A stretch of 62,939 nucleotides of DNA, filler included, from Perkinsus chesapeaki ATCC PRA-425 (lineage: Eukaryota > Protista > Perkinsozoa): assembly GCA_013115145.1 (NCBI GenBank). It is 11 parts of 11 records of this genome, joined end to end, with 100 filler letters (N's around TTAATTAATTAA, not from the genome) between each part and the next. Parts side by side here need not be neighbours in the genome. Positions count along the whole stretch, not along the records: positions 1 to 15,902 come from JAAPAO010000718.1; 10 more parts are not named here. The stretch is one strand, 5' to 3'. Shown one piece after another: positions 1-12,333 of this stretch. The notes beneath the pieces are model-generated. The model saw nothing but the letters and a program-made list of their open reading frames with translations. It had not been told where the DNA came from and did no database searches. The translations under genes and the position numbers were made by a program. Position 1 is the first letter of the stretch; the number at the start of each line of letters is the position of its first letter.

Positions 1-1829
1 CAAACTGGCTGGCAACTCGCACGCACGCGCCAGAGTGGCTGATGCGCACACGTGCAGACTAGCATCAGCATTGCCTTCAACAAAATGATTTATAAAATTT
101 CGACGAACTCTGAAGGCGCTTTACTTTTCAAAATGTCCTTCAGTATCGTTCTGGGATCCTATCCTCTATGGCATTTCGACCATAAGAAGTGAGGTGTTAT
201 ATACTATTTCTACAGTGTTGTATCGCAAGGAATAGGTCCCTTATGACAACGCGGAAGTTGTGCGTGCTGTCCCTGCTCGACAAAGCAGGCGAGCGATATA
301 ATTTAAGGGCGCATTCTTACAGCGCAGAATCAGCGTCGCGCGCCATGAAATTCCGCAAGTACCTTCACCTGGTACTAGAGAACCATCCAGAGTTTCGGAA
401 AGAGTCTGTTGAGTAATAAGCCTTCTTCTGTTGACGGTCGTACGTTGTAATGTCCTTGTTATTTGTATATTATTATTTCTCGATGATCGACTCCTCGCTT
501 GATTTTCTAGCAGATCTCATGGGACTCGAAAATCACTACGAAAACCGCGAAACATCAGCCACTTCAACTCATAATAATACTGGGCTTAAAGACGCCCAGT
601 GTCAAACACTACCAACACTGCCTGATCCGAAAACAATACTGCATGTAGAAGTACACATGTCTGGATTCTGGTGAAGCACTTTCAGTTGGCCGTAGTCGAG
701 TGGCGATCACTTAGTGCGCCAAATAGTAAATACATCACTGAGGTTACCTGTGGGCATCACTTTCACAGCAGAAGTAAAAATAATAGTATAACAGAAATAG
801 GTGTATTGTAAAGGCACTGAGGTCAAGACGGGCCCTTTGAAGATACCTGTATACGATGTTAGTGATAAGATAGAAATAATATTATTAAATCCGGTGAGAT
901 GGGTTATCGATCGTCTCATTGCGATTTCATGATTACTGCTGCTGCTGCTTTTACCCAAAAGTAATAATAAGCAATAATGTGCACTATTAAGCTGTTTATT
1001 AATAACGATATCAATGCCAATGTGTCAGTAGGCTACTAATAACAACAATACTATATAATATCGAGCTCAATACTTATCATCATACATTCCTACTCTTCAG
1101 GACACTTGCTATCAACACTATTCTTTACGTATACCTTTGATCAACATTAATGGTGGAAGCTCGGTGATTATGGCAGATTGGTTTGCCCTAGCATCATCTA
1201 AGGGACTCCAAAAGAATGATGGAGCGGCTGCTCATGTGTTTAGTAAACCGTAAGATTATGATAGCAGCAGCAGCAGCTCGTGGGGACTTTGAGTATAGGA
1301 ACTCGAGCAGGACTGATAGGGCGATGATGCTCTCCTCGGCCGAGGAAAATATGCACCAGTTGTATTTTTCTGAGATGTTAAAAGCTTTCCGAGTGGTCTC
1401 TTGGATTGATGGCGATATACTTTAGATTAGTTGTAAAGACATATAGAACTTTTTAAATAGATGACATTATGAGGATGATGGTTGGTAGCTTTCTGCTATA
1501 TCATTAAGCAATCACATATATATTATTACTATTAATTTTTAGCATAATCCTGTTGAATCATAATAGCAACTAAATTCTACAGTAGCTGTAGGAAAGGGTA
1601 TAAGGGTCTATAACGGAATAGTATCAGATGTATTTCAGTCAACCTCTGGAGAATCTTCGGGCAGCTTCGATACGTTCCTGCTCGGCTCCTGGCTCATTCG
1701 CTAAGGAGCATCCTTGTGACTTGGATATTTCCAATAGAAATGCGCTGATCAGTGAGGAAATACCGGCCGTCAAAGTAGCCTGGCGGGCACTATCAGTGAA
1801 GAGTAAGGACAGCTAGAGGTGTCAGAAAG

Positions 1830-3566
1830 TGCAGCTTCTTAGACAAGAAGCGGGAGAAGAAGCCGCGGGTTGTTACATATGAAGAGATGTGCGAAATGGT
1901 CCCATTTGAGCGATTGAAGGGAGCATCGCCGGTCTATGAACCGCACCCGGGAGACCCGATCGATTTGAAGATCTCGGAGCTACTTGAGAGAAGATCCTCG
2001 GATCTAGCTAAGATATGTCGGATTTACAGGCGAGTGGGTATGGAAATGGTTGTAGAAGATTAGGCAAACCAATTATTGTGAGGAGAAAATTTCAAGTTAA
2101 GATTCGGAATATTTCATTTTCATGGAGAGTAACTCGCCCGGGTAGAGCTTGAGTACCCTCGGTAGCTGGTCATTCTCGGTTCAGTTTAGCAAGGTCTGCT
2201 CGGCTAACCCTTCCGCGCAATCTCTGCGGCACACTTAGAACAATATTCGGTGATGAAATCACGCAAGCTGACCTACCAGATTTATTGGCAAAATGTAGTC
2301 AATCAGTCAGATTTATTGGTAATATTTCATTCGCAAGGTAAGAGCCATCGCTTCTCAAAAGGGAGGGAGCTTCTACGATATTTCGTGGAAAAATTCCCGT
2401 GCGTTAAAAGTGCTCACGGAACTTCTTAATGTCCTTCAATGATTCATTCCATAATGACGGTCCGCCTCAGACTGGTGTTCATGATGCTGTTTTAATTATA
2501 CTCGATAGTATCGAGCCTCATGTTTAATATTTTAGGTCTCCGTGAGTAACACAATTCTCTGTCTCTCTTACTGTTAGGCACCTGGACACTACCTATTGAA
2601 TGGTCGTATGGTTCAATTGTCATTATCATCCGATCCTCTTCACGCCGAATCTGGAGGAGTGTCGGTGATGGATGGTCCGCTAGTTAGCCAATGCTTAGTC
2701 CCCTATCTACAAGGGTCCTGTGCTACTGCTAGATACGCCTCTTTGCCGGACAACAGGTAAGTGAAGGGCTTCTTGACGACGAGAACAGATCTTGGGGTAG
2801 CCGTAAAAATGCCTAACTTGGGGTGGGGGCAAAAGGTGTCCCTAATGCCTATCTCGAGTACCTTATTAAATTGTGTCAAACAGTGCAAATTATCTTGATA
2901 GAAAATATATTTCTAGAAAAAGGAGAAAAAAGTCAATTGTTGCATTCCTCCTCCTGCTCCTCCTACCTGGCATAACTTCGTCATCATCCACCTCAGTAGT
3001 TCTTCTATATAGGGTAACGCAGTGTGGGAATATCTGTTCGGCTTCTTCCTCAACCGATGGGTATGCCTTGTGAGCTGAATTTCCTCACCATTTTTATACG
3101 GGACTTATGCTCAAAAAGTGCATTCTTAGCTGTTCGGTATTTCCCTCAAATTCTTCTCTAACCAGCCGCCACGTGCACATTTTCCCGCACTGGGGTAACT
3201 TCCTACCTACAGTTTATGACTACCAGCTATGAGCGCATCATAGCTGTATAAATACAGCTATGTCGCCCTGCTGTCAATATTGGAACTCATGACTGCATCT
3301 TCGAGACACTCAGGGTTGCTTAGCTATTGTGTTCGGATGCCATTATCTGCAGTTCGCCTCTCAGCAACTGCGTCGACCTGAGTGTCCATCGCGGAGCAGC
3401 TCGAAGGCAGCGTTTGAGTTTCGGTGATGATCATCGGGCATACGAGTATTCGAAGCTGCTTGGGGGGCCTCGAGAAGGGCAGGCGAGATTGGACGCGATG
3501 AGGATAGCAGTGGAACAGGTGGAGCTGAGAAGGCAGCATGCCAGAACTAGTGCCATGTCCGGGTAG
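1830..3566 (+). CDS. Putative multi-exon hypothetical protein; boundaries uncertain
   Basis: Open, coding-like segments bounded by GT/AG, e.g. LDKKREKKPRVVTYEEMCEMVPFERLKGASPVYEPHPGDPIDLKI near 1840-1990, PGHYLLNGRMVQLSL near 2580, and a last exon ending at TAG 3566. No family recognised. Confidence 0.3.
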
Positions 3567-3662
3567 AGAGAGGTTCTTTAATTCACAGTTTCATTTGAAG
3601 CCCGTCTGGCGTTGGGGCGGAGGTTCGAATCCCGGTGGAGGCATTTATTTCATATCTTCCTT

Positions 3663-6600
3663 ATGGAGATCGACACATCGGCAGGGTTAGGCTACGACAA
3701 CCCTGCCCTGCGAGAATTGAAGAGATCTGTGTTCGGACTTGACGGTGCTGATGGTGCTGAGGAGGGCGTCCGAGGGAGCCTGGCGGAGCATATCAGTCGG
3801 GTGTTGGCGGAGATAATGAGGAGGAATGATGGAGACCATGAGAAGTTGATCGAAGAAGATGCTGGAAGGTATCTGGAGGAGATTAGCAGGTAGTAGGGTG
3901 ATGAAGGAGGACTATGTCTGGATGCTAATAGACAACTTGGTAGATAACATAATTCTTACAGCTACATCGGGTGTGTCGGGTGGCGGTGTAGGTAACGTGG
4001 AGCAGAGCAACTCACAGACTTTTATCAATTGATATATATTATATTATCAAACCATCTGTTTACTGTAAGGGCTAACTATAGGGTGTTATATTTTGCGCAT
4101 ACGAACATCGAGTAGAATGTCTAGAACGCTGCTGTGCCATCTTACATTGTAATCATCACGTCTCGCCAGTCTTGGGCCAGAACTGACCAGAGAAGGAGAG
4201 AAAGCAACTCATTGGAGGGTCACTCGAGATTGGATCCCACCACCACCACCACCTCACTATCAGGTATGTTAAGGACCTGTATCCAGCCGAGAATGAAGGA
4301 AAGAAGTCAGAGGCTTTGATATTAGAGGTAGCAAGTAGCCAACTCGAATTCAGTAGGCTTTGAGCAATCAAACTGGCCAGCAGCTGCAGCTGCGGGGCTT
4401 AAGTTGTTAGACTTCCTTATACTGTATATGGAGTAACTTGTATCACGGGAATCGACAAGGAGGAAGGGAAAGGTTTGAACACTAGAACTAAGTACAGGGA
4501 GAATCATTATAGTTATATTAGCGCTGTTGTTGATGCTGAAAATTGGTTGTTTGTGAGGGTGAACGCGGTCAGCTATGACGCCTCTTCGTTATCATATCAG
4601 GAAAATGCCAAGAAGTTGCTGAAGTTTGTGGAAGGTGAGATATCAGCTCGAGAGAAGCCATCAGTGATAGAGTGTCCGATACCTGTGGAGGATCCTATTT
4701 GCAATCCGACAGCAACAGCGCTATTGGAGGCAGCAGGTAGGGGGAGAGGAAGAATAAGGTCATTTCGAGCTGAGAGTGTATTTTCCTATTCTCGACTTGA
4801 TAGCCCATTGAGCCGAGATTCTGTATAGAAGACGTTGTTATATGGATACATTATATAGGTATATCGCGATGTGTTCCATGGACTTCGATGAAACGCGCTT
4901 TGACGTACTTGATGACTTATTTCTCTTTTACGCACTGTGTAGGTTTGAGTATCTTTTGTTTTGCGCACTGTGTAGGTTTGAGTATCTTTTATTTTACGCA
5001 CTGTGTAGGTTTGAGTATCTTTTATTTTACGCACTGTGTAGGTTTGAGTATCTTTTATTTTACGCACTGTGTAGGTTTGAGTATCTTTTATTTTGCGCAC
5101 TGTGTAGGTTTGAGTATCTTTTATTTTGCGCACTGTGTAGGTTTGAGTATCTTTTATTTTGCGCACTGGGGANNNNNNNNNNNNNNNNNNNNNNNNNNNN
5201 NNNNNNNNNNNNNNNNNNNNNNNNNNNNNNNNNNNNNNNNNNNNNNNNNNNNNNNNNNNNNNNNNNNNTGAGTATCTTTTATTTTGCGCACTGTGTAGGT
5301 TTGAGTATCTTTTATTTTGCGCACTGTGTAGGTTTGAGTATTGGTGGTTCGACTGAAGCTATGTTACTGAGTACCCGTATGAGGGAGCTGGCTAGTAGGC
5401 TGGGAAAGGACGCTAAGATGCTTAGATTCTGGGGGAAGATATTAAGTAAGCTTTGGGGGGATATCAACATCAGAGCAAAGAGTCATAGAGAAGGGAAATC
5501 ATATGTTAGGAGGTCCAGAAGGAGCACGTTTGGCGTTGGTCTAGGAACCTACTTCCTTGTGAACTTTGACCATACCTCCTCCGTATTAGGCGTACTTGTT
5601 TGTTCTGTGAGAAGACATCTCTGTGAGGGTAGACGACTCCGTGTGTGAAGTCATCTACGATGCATTATCGATGCTGTATGTATGATAACGCAAATGATCT
5701 ACCAGTGTCTTATCGAAATGATGAAAGTGTTATGAAAAGCGAACATCATCATCGTCTTAATAATATGTTGCACTTGTACACTGCATGTGCTTGGGCGGGG
5801 GAGTTAATTCTTTCTTTTCACGGAAAACTGGGAATTTCCACGGTACATTGTCGCTCGTCTGGAAGCCACCTGTGAGTGCTTGTTCGGACAATTCTCCCGG
5901 AAAGGATCGTCTACGTCCTGAACAGTTTCGGTTTACTGAATCTAGGGGGGGTTTTCAGTTCTTGAAAGGGTAAAAGTTCCGACGCGGGGACTCGAACCCC
6001 GGTCGCGTGGGTGAGAGCCACGAATCCTAACCAGCTAGACTACATCGGAGGGTTGTCAAAGAGCACGTATCGATTGTACAGTGTCGACTTCAGCCACCGG
6101 ATCTCAAGACTATTACGTCGCCGAGGCTTTACTTCCATCACTTCCTGAAGAGGAGCCGCCCAAGAATGCTAAGGAAGCTGCGGAGTAAGCAAATTGATGA
6201 ATCGAGGTTGATAAAAATGAAACCCACAATAGTAAACATTTAATCTGCCTCCCAGATAATAGACGTATGTACGTGTGACAAGTGGTAAGTATCGTGAGAA
6301 TGCCGTCGGAAAAATATAAACATTTCAGTTTTACTTGTACAAAAAAGTAGCCTATCTCGCGCGGTGAGTGTCCTCCTGGTGAGGAGTTCTTGTGGAAGTA
6401 TTGGTCATTGAAACCAATCTTATTATAATTAATCATCGGCAATCGTTCCCCTTCAGACTCTTCACAGCGCCAGAAGTCCGTGGGCGACGTGGTGGTAATT
6501 TATATACATACTTTGTGATACAGGATATCACCACTAATAGTTGGAGCGAGCTGCCGCAGGTAGGGGAGCATCATCTTGGAGGTTTTTTGTGTGATAGGTA

Positions 6601-8979
6601 ATTTTATCAGGTCTGCCCTTTGCTGGTCGCTGCATCACGGTCATGCAAGCGGCTCTTCAGTGGTGATCTCGGCAGGAATATGGCTCATGGTGTTTGTGGA
6701 CAATGGCCACCCTTCGAGGGAACAGAGGAGTGGGTGTCGAGAGGCGGGGAATATTATTAAAAATTAGATTTAGCTTCATCTACTTAGCATGGTCGTTGTT
6801 AGTACAGCTGAAGTGAGGTTGTGTGGGATCATACGGATAAGTGGGGCTAATGCGAGGTGGTTGTAAAATTGTTTAGCTGTTGTAAGCTGTCTACAAAGCA
6901 TTTGATAAGATATAAACTTAGAGATCCAGTGGAGCTCTGAGGTTCGATGGATGCCCCGCCGACTACTCGGGGGGCATCTAGCTTCACAGAAAAGTGTTCC
7001 TCATGTTGCGAAGATTTGATGGCAGTTCTTTGGGAAAGGATGTTCCTGCATCAAAAAGCACGTGAAACATGCATACGTTGGACGTTCGTCTACGACTCTG
7101 TTAATACTACTATCATACAATATCATCGTATTGCATTCTACTGCTCCTCCCCTCTCTCAGGGATTACCTTCGCTGTGTAATTGCTCGTATAAGTTCGTCA
7201 TCGATACTTGGACTTGAAGGGCAGTGGACAGCAGCTCCGGTTGAGGTGAATAGAACTATTATGCAACCTATCGAGTTGCTTTTATCAGGACGAGGAGGCA
7301 ATGAAAGCTTTGGGCAAGTTGGTCCACGGTGACGCCATCCGTGCTGAAGGCTTTGAACTGCCTCCACCTCAGGTAAGAAATTTTCAGGGTTCGATTTCTT
7401 CGGAGTTAAATTGGCGGAAAAATGTCCATTCTATTCACCATTCATTTATTAATATTTTTTACCGCATCATTTATTCAATCGATCGAAAGTCAAACTTCGT
7501 TCATTTGATTTTAGGAAATGTTGTCGAAGGACAAGTGGGTTCACGCCAGACCATATCTGCATCGAAGCGGTCGAACCGAACATCCGAATGGATTGCCGGA
7601 GCCACAGGAAGGGGAGGTAGGTGGAGAGAAGTATCTCGCAACCTGGATGCAATAGGGAAGCGGATTTTATATTGTGGAATATTGAACCATATTGATCTTG
7701 ACACATTCGGTCCCGAAAACTGGAAGGGTTGGCGTTCACTCGACTGCACATAATGGACTTGCAGCGGTCGCCTTGAGTCATTCCGGGCACAGCGTTTAGA
7801 AGAACACCTGTGAGTTCTGGAAGATGGATCATGGTTTAGGAATCGGCAATGGAAGCATTATCGGCAAAGTTGGAGCAGTTGTCAACTGACGATCCTACCG
7901 TGGAGAGGTTTACCTCCATATCCACCGATACTAGAATACAGGTCAGCTTCTAAACGTTTGATAGGTTCGGGTAGGGTGAACTACAATAGCGGACAGTAGC
8001 AGCGGGTGATCGACTTTGTGAAGTGGATTGGGTTTTTCGCTATAACGATTATGTCTGAGATTCCTCGTCATAACGGCGGTACTGAAGGACTTGGTCGATT
8101 TTATTTCTCCAGGCAGCAGCAGTATTAGCTAGTCTCCACTCGTCGGGGACACTTCCCGAATTCAACGTTCCTGGACATTGGCCTCGCACCGTGTGCCACT
8201 CGTTTGTGTGATTTATTGTCCCGTGTAGATCCCCGGTGTTCCAGAGAAGCCACTAGTCGGTAATGATGATGAGGAAGGCACAGTGGACCCGATGGCCAGC
8301 TGGAGGGTCCGGATGGTTGGAGATGCGGTAGGTTGGGAGAACTCCTCACCGTTGGATTGGTTCATGTGAAGGAGAAAAATTGTTGAGACGTTGGAAACAC
8401 TCCTGCCATGCACTCCCTGGCCCTTAAAATGTTGTTGTTCATTATTATAATGTAAAGTATTGCCCACTTGTTACACTGGAATGGTGTGCCGGGAAAGCAA
8501 AGGTGGGACGGTCTCGAAAAGTTTACAATACCATCAGGAATTTTCATTTTTTTCAATGAAAACGTGTAAAATTTCTGAGGGATTTCATTACGAAGGTTGT
8601 TTTTCGGTCGCTCCTGGTGCGGGAGTTCGAACCTGCGCCCATTCCCTCAGATGTCGTACGCTACCAGTGAAGGCAGCAAGTCCCCCGCGGTGGTAGTGGT
8701 GGAGTCTATGAGATGGCCTGGAGCTGCAACGGTTGCACAGCAGAGCAGCGGAATCATTTCTAATGTATATGTTGGACCTGGGTTGAAAAAGTGAAAATAG
8801 TTTGTTTGGTAGGGTTTGAGTGTCTTGCGATGTTTAGGGACCAACCATCCCTTCTGCCCGTGGAAGGTCCATCACCTGTTATGGTAGAAGCATCGGACAT
8901 TGAGGAGCAACGAGAACCCTTCCCAGATGATGGGGATGAACCAGCAGTGGTTGATGATGGTGAAGGGGAGGAAGAATGA
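3663..8979 (+). CDS. RSPH4/RSPH6: Radial spoke head protein 4/6 family (flagellar), multi-exon
   Basis: Spliced exons give family motifs in order: SLAEHISRVLAEIMRR, LLEAAG|LSIGGSTEA, MLRFWGKILT|TGSQDYYVAEA, SWSELPQV, RLFSGDLG..WPPFEGTEE|DYLRCVIARISSSS, KWVHARPYLHRSGR, VVVESMRWPGAATV..SNVYVGPGLK, and an acidic tail ending at TGA 8977-8979. Confidence 0.85.
4921..5341. repeat. 33-bp tandem repeat (tatcttttatttt(a/g)cgcactgtgtaggtttgag), about 10 visible copies, interrupted by N gap 5173-5268; lies in RSPH4/6 intron 4737-5331
   Basis: Direct inspection: cgcac recurs at 4931, 4964, 4997, 5030, 5063, 5096, 5129 and 5162, with two more units after the gap. Confidence 0.95.
5977..6049 (-). tRNA. 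tRNA-Glu(CTC): tRNA-Glu, anticodon CTC
   Basis: The reverse complement TCCGATGTAGTCTAGCTGGTTAGGATTCGTGGCTCTCACCCACGCGACCGGGGTTCGAGTCCCCGCGTCGGAA folds as a cloverleaf. Anticodon stem CGTGG/CCACG, loop CT-CTC-AC, followed by a CTTTT terminator. Confidence 0.95.
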
Positions 8980-9660
8980 TATTGTTACATGTGATGGTGT
9001 AATTAAGTGAAGAAGGGTTGAAAGTGTTGTGTTATACAGTAAATTCATAAACGATCAAAGTTGATAACGTTATAAATCGAACAAGTGAGGATGTAGCGAG
9101 CGGTGAAATGATATCCACTACAGAGTGATAGAATATAACATTCCCGTAAAATGATCGATGGCGATATTACGAAAAAACTGCTTAAACGAGTTATGGAGGA
9201 AGTAAGAAAGGCCGCCTTACTATTATGGTGGTACCACCACGTATCTCAATGTTATAAAGTGACCAACCACTTTTAAGGATCTACTAGAGTGCCATAGAGT
9301 CTATCTACCCTTCGGACTCAACGGCATCCATGAGGGAACTGTTAAAGAAGCTAGGTCACCAATGGCTACTTCCTATATTGGGGGTCAATGACGAACCCTT
9401 AAAACGGCTTATCGGATCTCCCATGGTGAAGCTTATGAACCCACGAAACCCACTATAAACTAAAGACGGTTAAATTGTGCAGGGAACGGCGGAAATTAGG
9501 ATGACCGCAAAAGCGGCATACAAAAGTCGTCGAAGTTGGCCGCAGGCGCTGCCGGAATGTTATCTTCTTATTCATCCAAAATCATCATCATCAATTAGCG
9601 TCTAAAAGGACAACAATAATAAAGCCTTTTACGATCGGGAATGTGCTACCTTTAGCCACT

Positions 9661-9780
9661 CTACTTAGAGCGCTGACGCATCTTCCGGCGTTTACGCTGA
9701 AGACGACGAGTACGCTTCTTCTTCCACTTCCAACGCATGGCCGCGCGGGCCTTCTTATAGGGGTTGGACTTATGAGCCAT
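9661..9780 (-). CDS. RPL41: Ribosomal protein eL41 (39 aa), copy 1; absent from the ORF track because of its size
   Basis: Translates to MAHKSNPYKKARAAMRWKWKKKRTRRLQRKRRKMRQRSK*. The C-terminal 25 aa match the eL41 pattern, and the N-terminal extension resembles apicomplexan eL41. Confidence 0.95.
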   Translation of the reverse strand: MAHKSNPYKKARAAMRWKWKKKRTRRLQRKRRKMRQRSK

Positions 9781-10225
9781 GTTGGAGAAGACCAAACCCT
9801 GGTGTGAATTAAACAACCTAAATATTTAAGCTCTACAAAATCGATCACGTGAGCATTTTACAAAGCTTTGTGTTGCGGCTGGTGTCACCTCTCGCCTCAA
9901 TGGGCTTAAGGCTATGTATTATTGCTATTCTCGTTTATTTGCTACCCAGTGAAGCGTGTTTATGGGTCAAGTGTACGACATGTATTTGTGTTAAAGTAGA
10001 CAGCGGGATGCATTGACGTATCATTCGATGGACAAACGTAGAGAACTCTGATTTTACGGCCTACATCTCTTGCGTGGAGACGATCCATTGTTGTTCTTTT
10101 CAAACGGGGAAGTGCTTGGAAGCTTGTATGGGGAAAATTTATATTCTTGGTGTTTCAAGGAGATTGGCGGTTAAACTACGACCATGTATTCGGAACGTTT
10201 CAAAGGTGTGCTCTCATTGGGAGGT

Positions 10226-11229
10226 TAACAATAAAGTGTATCGCGCAATGAACGATCTGTACCAATACGAGATGATCGGTCAGACAGCTGAGCTAACGAT
10301 TCCATATTGGCAATGTTATTAAGGAAGCCGTGCACTGACAAGTACAGCCCAACTTCAAGTGTCGGAATTGCCGTTAATAACAGTTGACCTTATCAGAGTG
10401 AGCTGAGTTATAAGTCGAATCAGATCCCATCTAGTGGGTTCATAAGACCGTCGTGTTTTATCATCATTTGGCCAATACCAAGGAGTTGTATCCAGTATAT
10501 GAAACACTGTGAGGGTATTAACTCACCGAGCATAGGAATCGGGAGCATCCATATAGCAAAGTTGGAAATTGTAGCGAAGCACATTAGGCCTCGTCACAGA
10601 GTGTGCTTTGCCATTTATATCACTAATAAAATGTAAGATGCACATCATAGCAACAGACCAATCAAAAAGAGGAGAGCGCAACACCGAGCACCATGCATTC
10701 TTCGCTGCCTATTGTAAGCACATGGTTATCATAAAACCATCACTCAAGACGAGACAGCGACTCGCAACAACGGCATGTTCAGAGCTTCTAGTCCAACCCG
10801 TTAACTCGGCCAGCAAAGCCAGCAGTGGACTACGGCTTAGGTGGAGAGCTCCACGATACGATCAACTCAATTAAGAGGACAGCATCATCGCTTTACGATG
10901 GCAATACCCAGCACGCACCGCTGCAGCTACTTAAATTTCACCGCTTAACGCGAGGGATGTTAAATGCCATCGGTTATTAGAAGTAACAATAAAGTGTATC
11001 GCGCAATGAACGATCTGTACCAATACGAGATGATCGGTCAGACAGCTGAGCTAACGATTCCATATTGGCAATGTTATTAAGGAAGCCGTGCACTGACAAG
11101 TACAGCCCAACTTCAAGTGTCGGAATTGCCGTTAATAACAGTTGACCTTATCAGAGTGAGCTGAGTTATAAATCGAATCAGATCCCATCTAGTGGGTTCA
11201 TAAGACCGTCGTGTTTTATCATCATTTGG
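10226..11229. repeat. 246-bp near-identical direct repeat pair (10226-10471 and 10984-11229)
   Basis: Offset 758 bp. One substitution seen (ataagtcg versus ataaatcg). Confidence 0.95.
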
Positions 11230-11664
11230 TCACTACAACACAGAGATTTCCGAAGTTCTTGGTTGGGCTCAACAATTAGCTCAGCGAACTGAGGCATTAT
11301 TGAGCCCACTAGGATGAACTACGTTTTACTTTAGCGAGATATGTGGCCCTACAGTGAAACGTGCAGCTACTGACTGGCCGAAACCAGCGGTCACCGCTTA
11401 CACAGTAGGGATGGAAGAATGCTCGCAAACAAGGCCAAAACCGTAATTAATTTAGTAACACCGCACGCAGCTAACTTCTTGAGACCGGGGTTAAAGGTAG
11501 CGGCGACAGCCTTGGACAGGTGCTGGGGTATTATCGGAACGATTTCAACCTGATAAATGGGAAATAACAATATTAACAAATAAAGGGGATCTTACCTTTT
11601 AACACTTGCATCAAATCATCAACCTCTCCAGCAACAGCGGGCGCAACAAGTAGGCTCAGAGAGC

Positions 11665-11784
11665 TTACTTAGAGCGCTGACGCATCTTCCGGCGTTTACG
11701 CTGAAGACGACGAGTACGCTTCTTCTTCCACTTCCAACGCATGGCCGCGCGGGCCTTCTTATAGGGGTTGGACTTATGAGCCAT
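11665..11784 (-). CDS. RPL41: Ribosomal protein eL41 (39 aa), copy 2
   Basis: Codons identical to copy 1, but the stop is TAA instead of TAG. Offset 2004 bp. Confidence 0.95.
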   Translation of the reverse strand: MAHKSNPYKKARAAMRWKWKKKRTRRLQRKRRKMRQRSK

Positions 11785-12333
11785 GTTGGAGAAGACCAAA
11801 CCCTGGTGTGAATTAAACAACCTAAATATTTAAGCTCTACAAAATCGATCACATGATCGATTATAAAAATGGCAAAGCCTTAGCGGAGCGACGCAGCATA
11901 TCTTTTTCGGCGCACCATATCAAAAAATAGGAACAGTGGGACGCTGGTCCGGCAATCAAGTACTTAGTTGACTAAATCGGAGCTCTACTAGTAAACAGTT
12001 GGATCTCAACGTGGTGAATCTTTGACCCCCCGTACGTTCGCCTTTAACCTCGATATGCTACAGAGGCTGTTGTGATGGGCAGTGGTTTGATGAAAGAGAA
12101 ATAGTGAGTGCTGGTGGATCATCTAGAAGCCCTCAAATGTGGACAGTACCACTGGTACTGTACCAGCCTGTAGGAACTGCTATCGTTAAGAGGCCGTTGT
12201 CGCTCAATATACCTTATGAAAGATTCTCATTACAGAGTCCCGAGCGCATTTCTTGGACATTTATGGAACAGAATTGTTAAAAATTGAAACTCCTACGGAT
12301 GAGCCTCTATCAACCTCCCAGGAATCTTTTAAA

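Noticed and set aside
8580-8660. tRNA-like GGTTCGAAC segment on the minus strand
   Set aside because: The T stem does not pair, and the region overlaps the RSPH4/6 exon starting at 8611.
9591-9848. ORF with KYLG, suggesting a reverse-transcriptase motif (also 11619-11852)
   Set aside because: It is an alternative frame over the eL41 gene and its upstream region. No other RT motifs are present.
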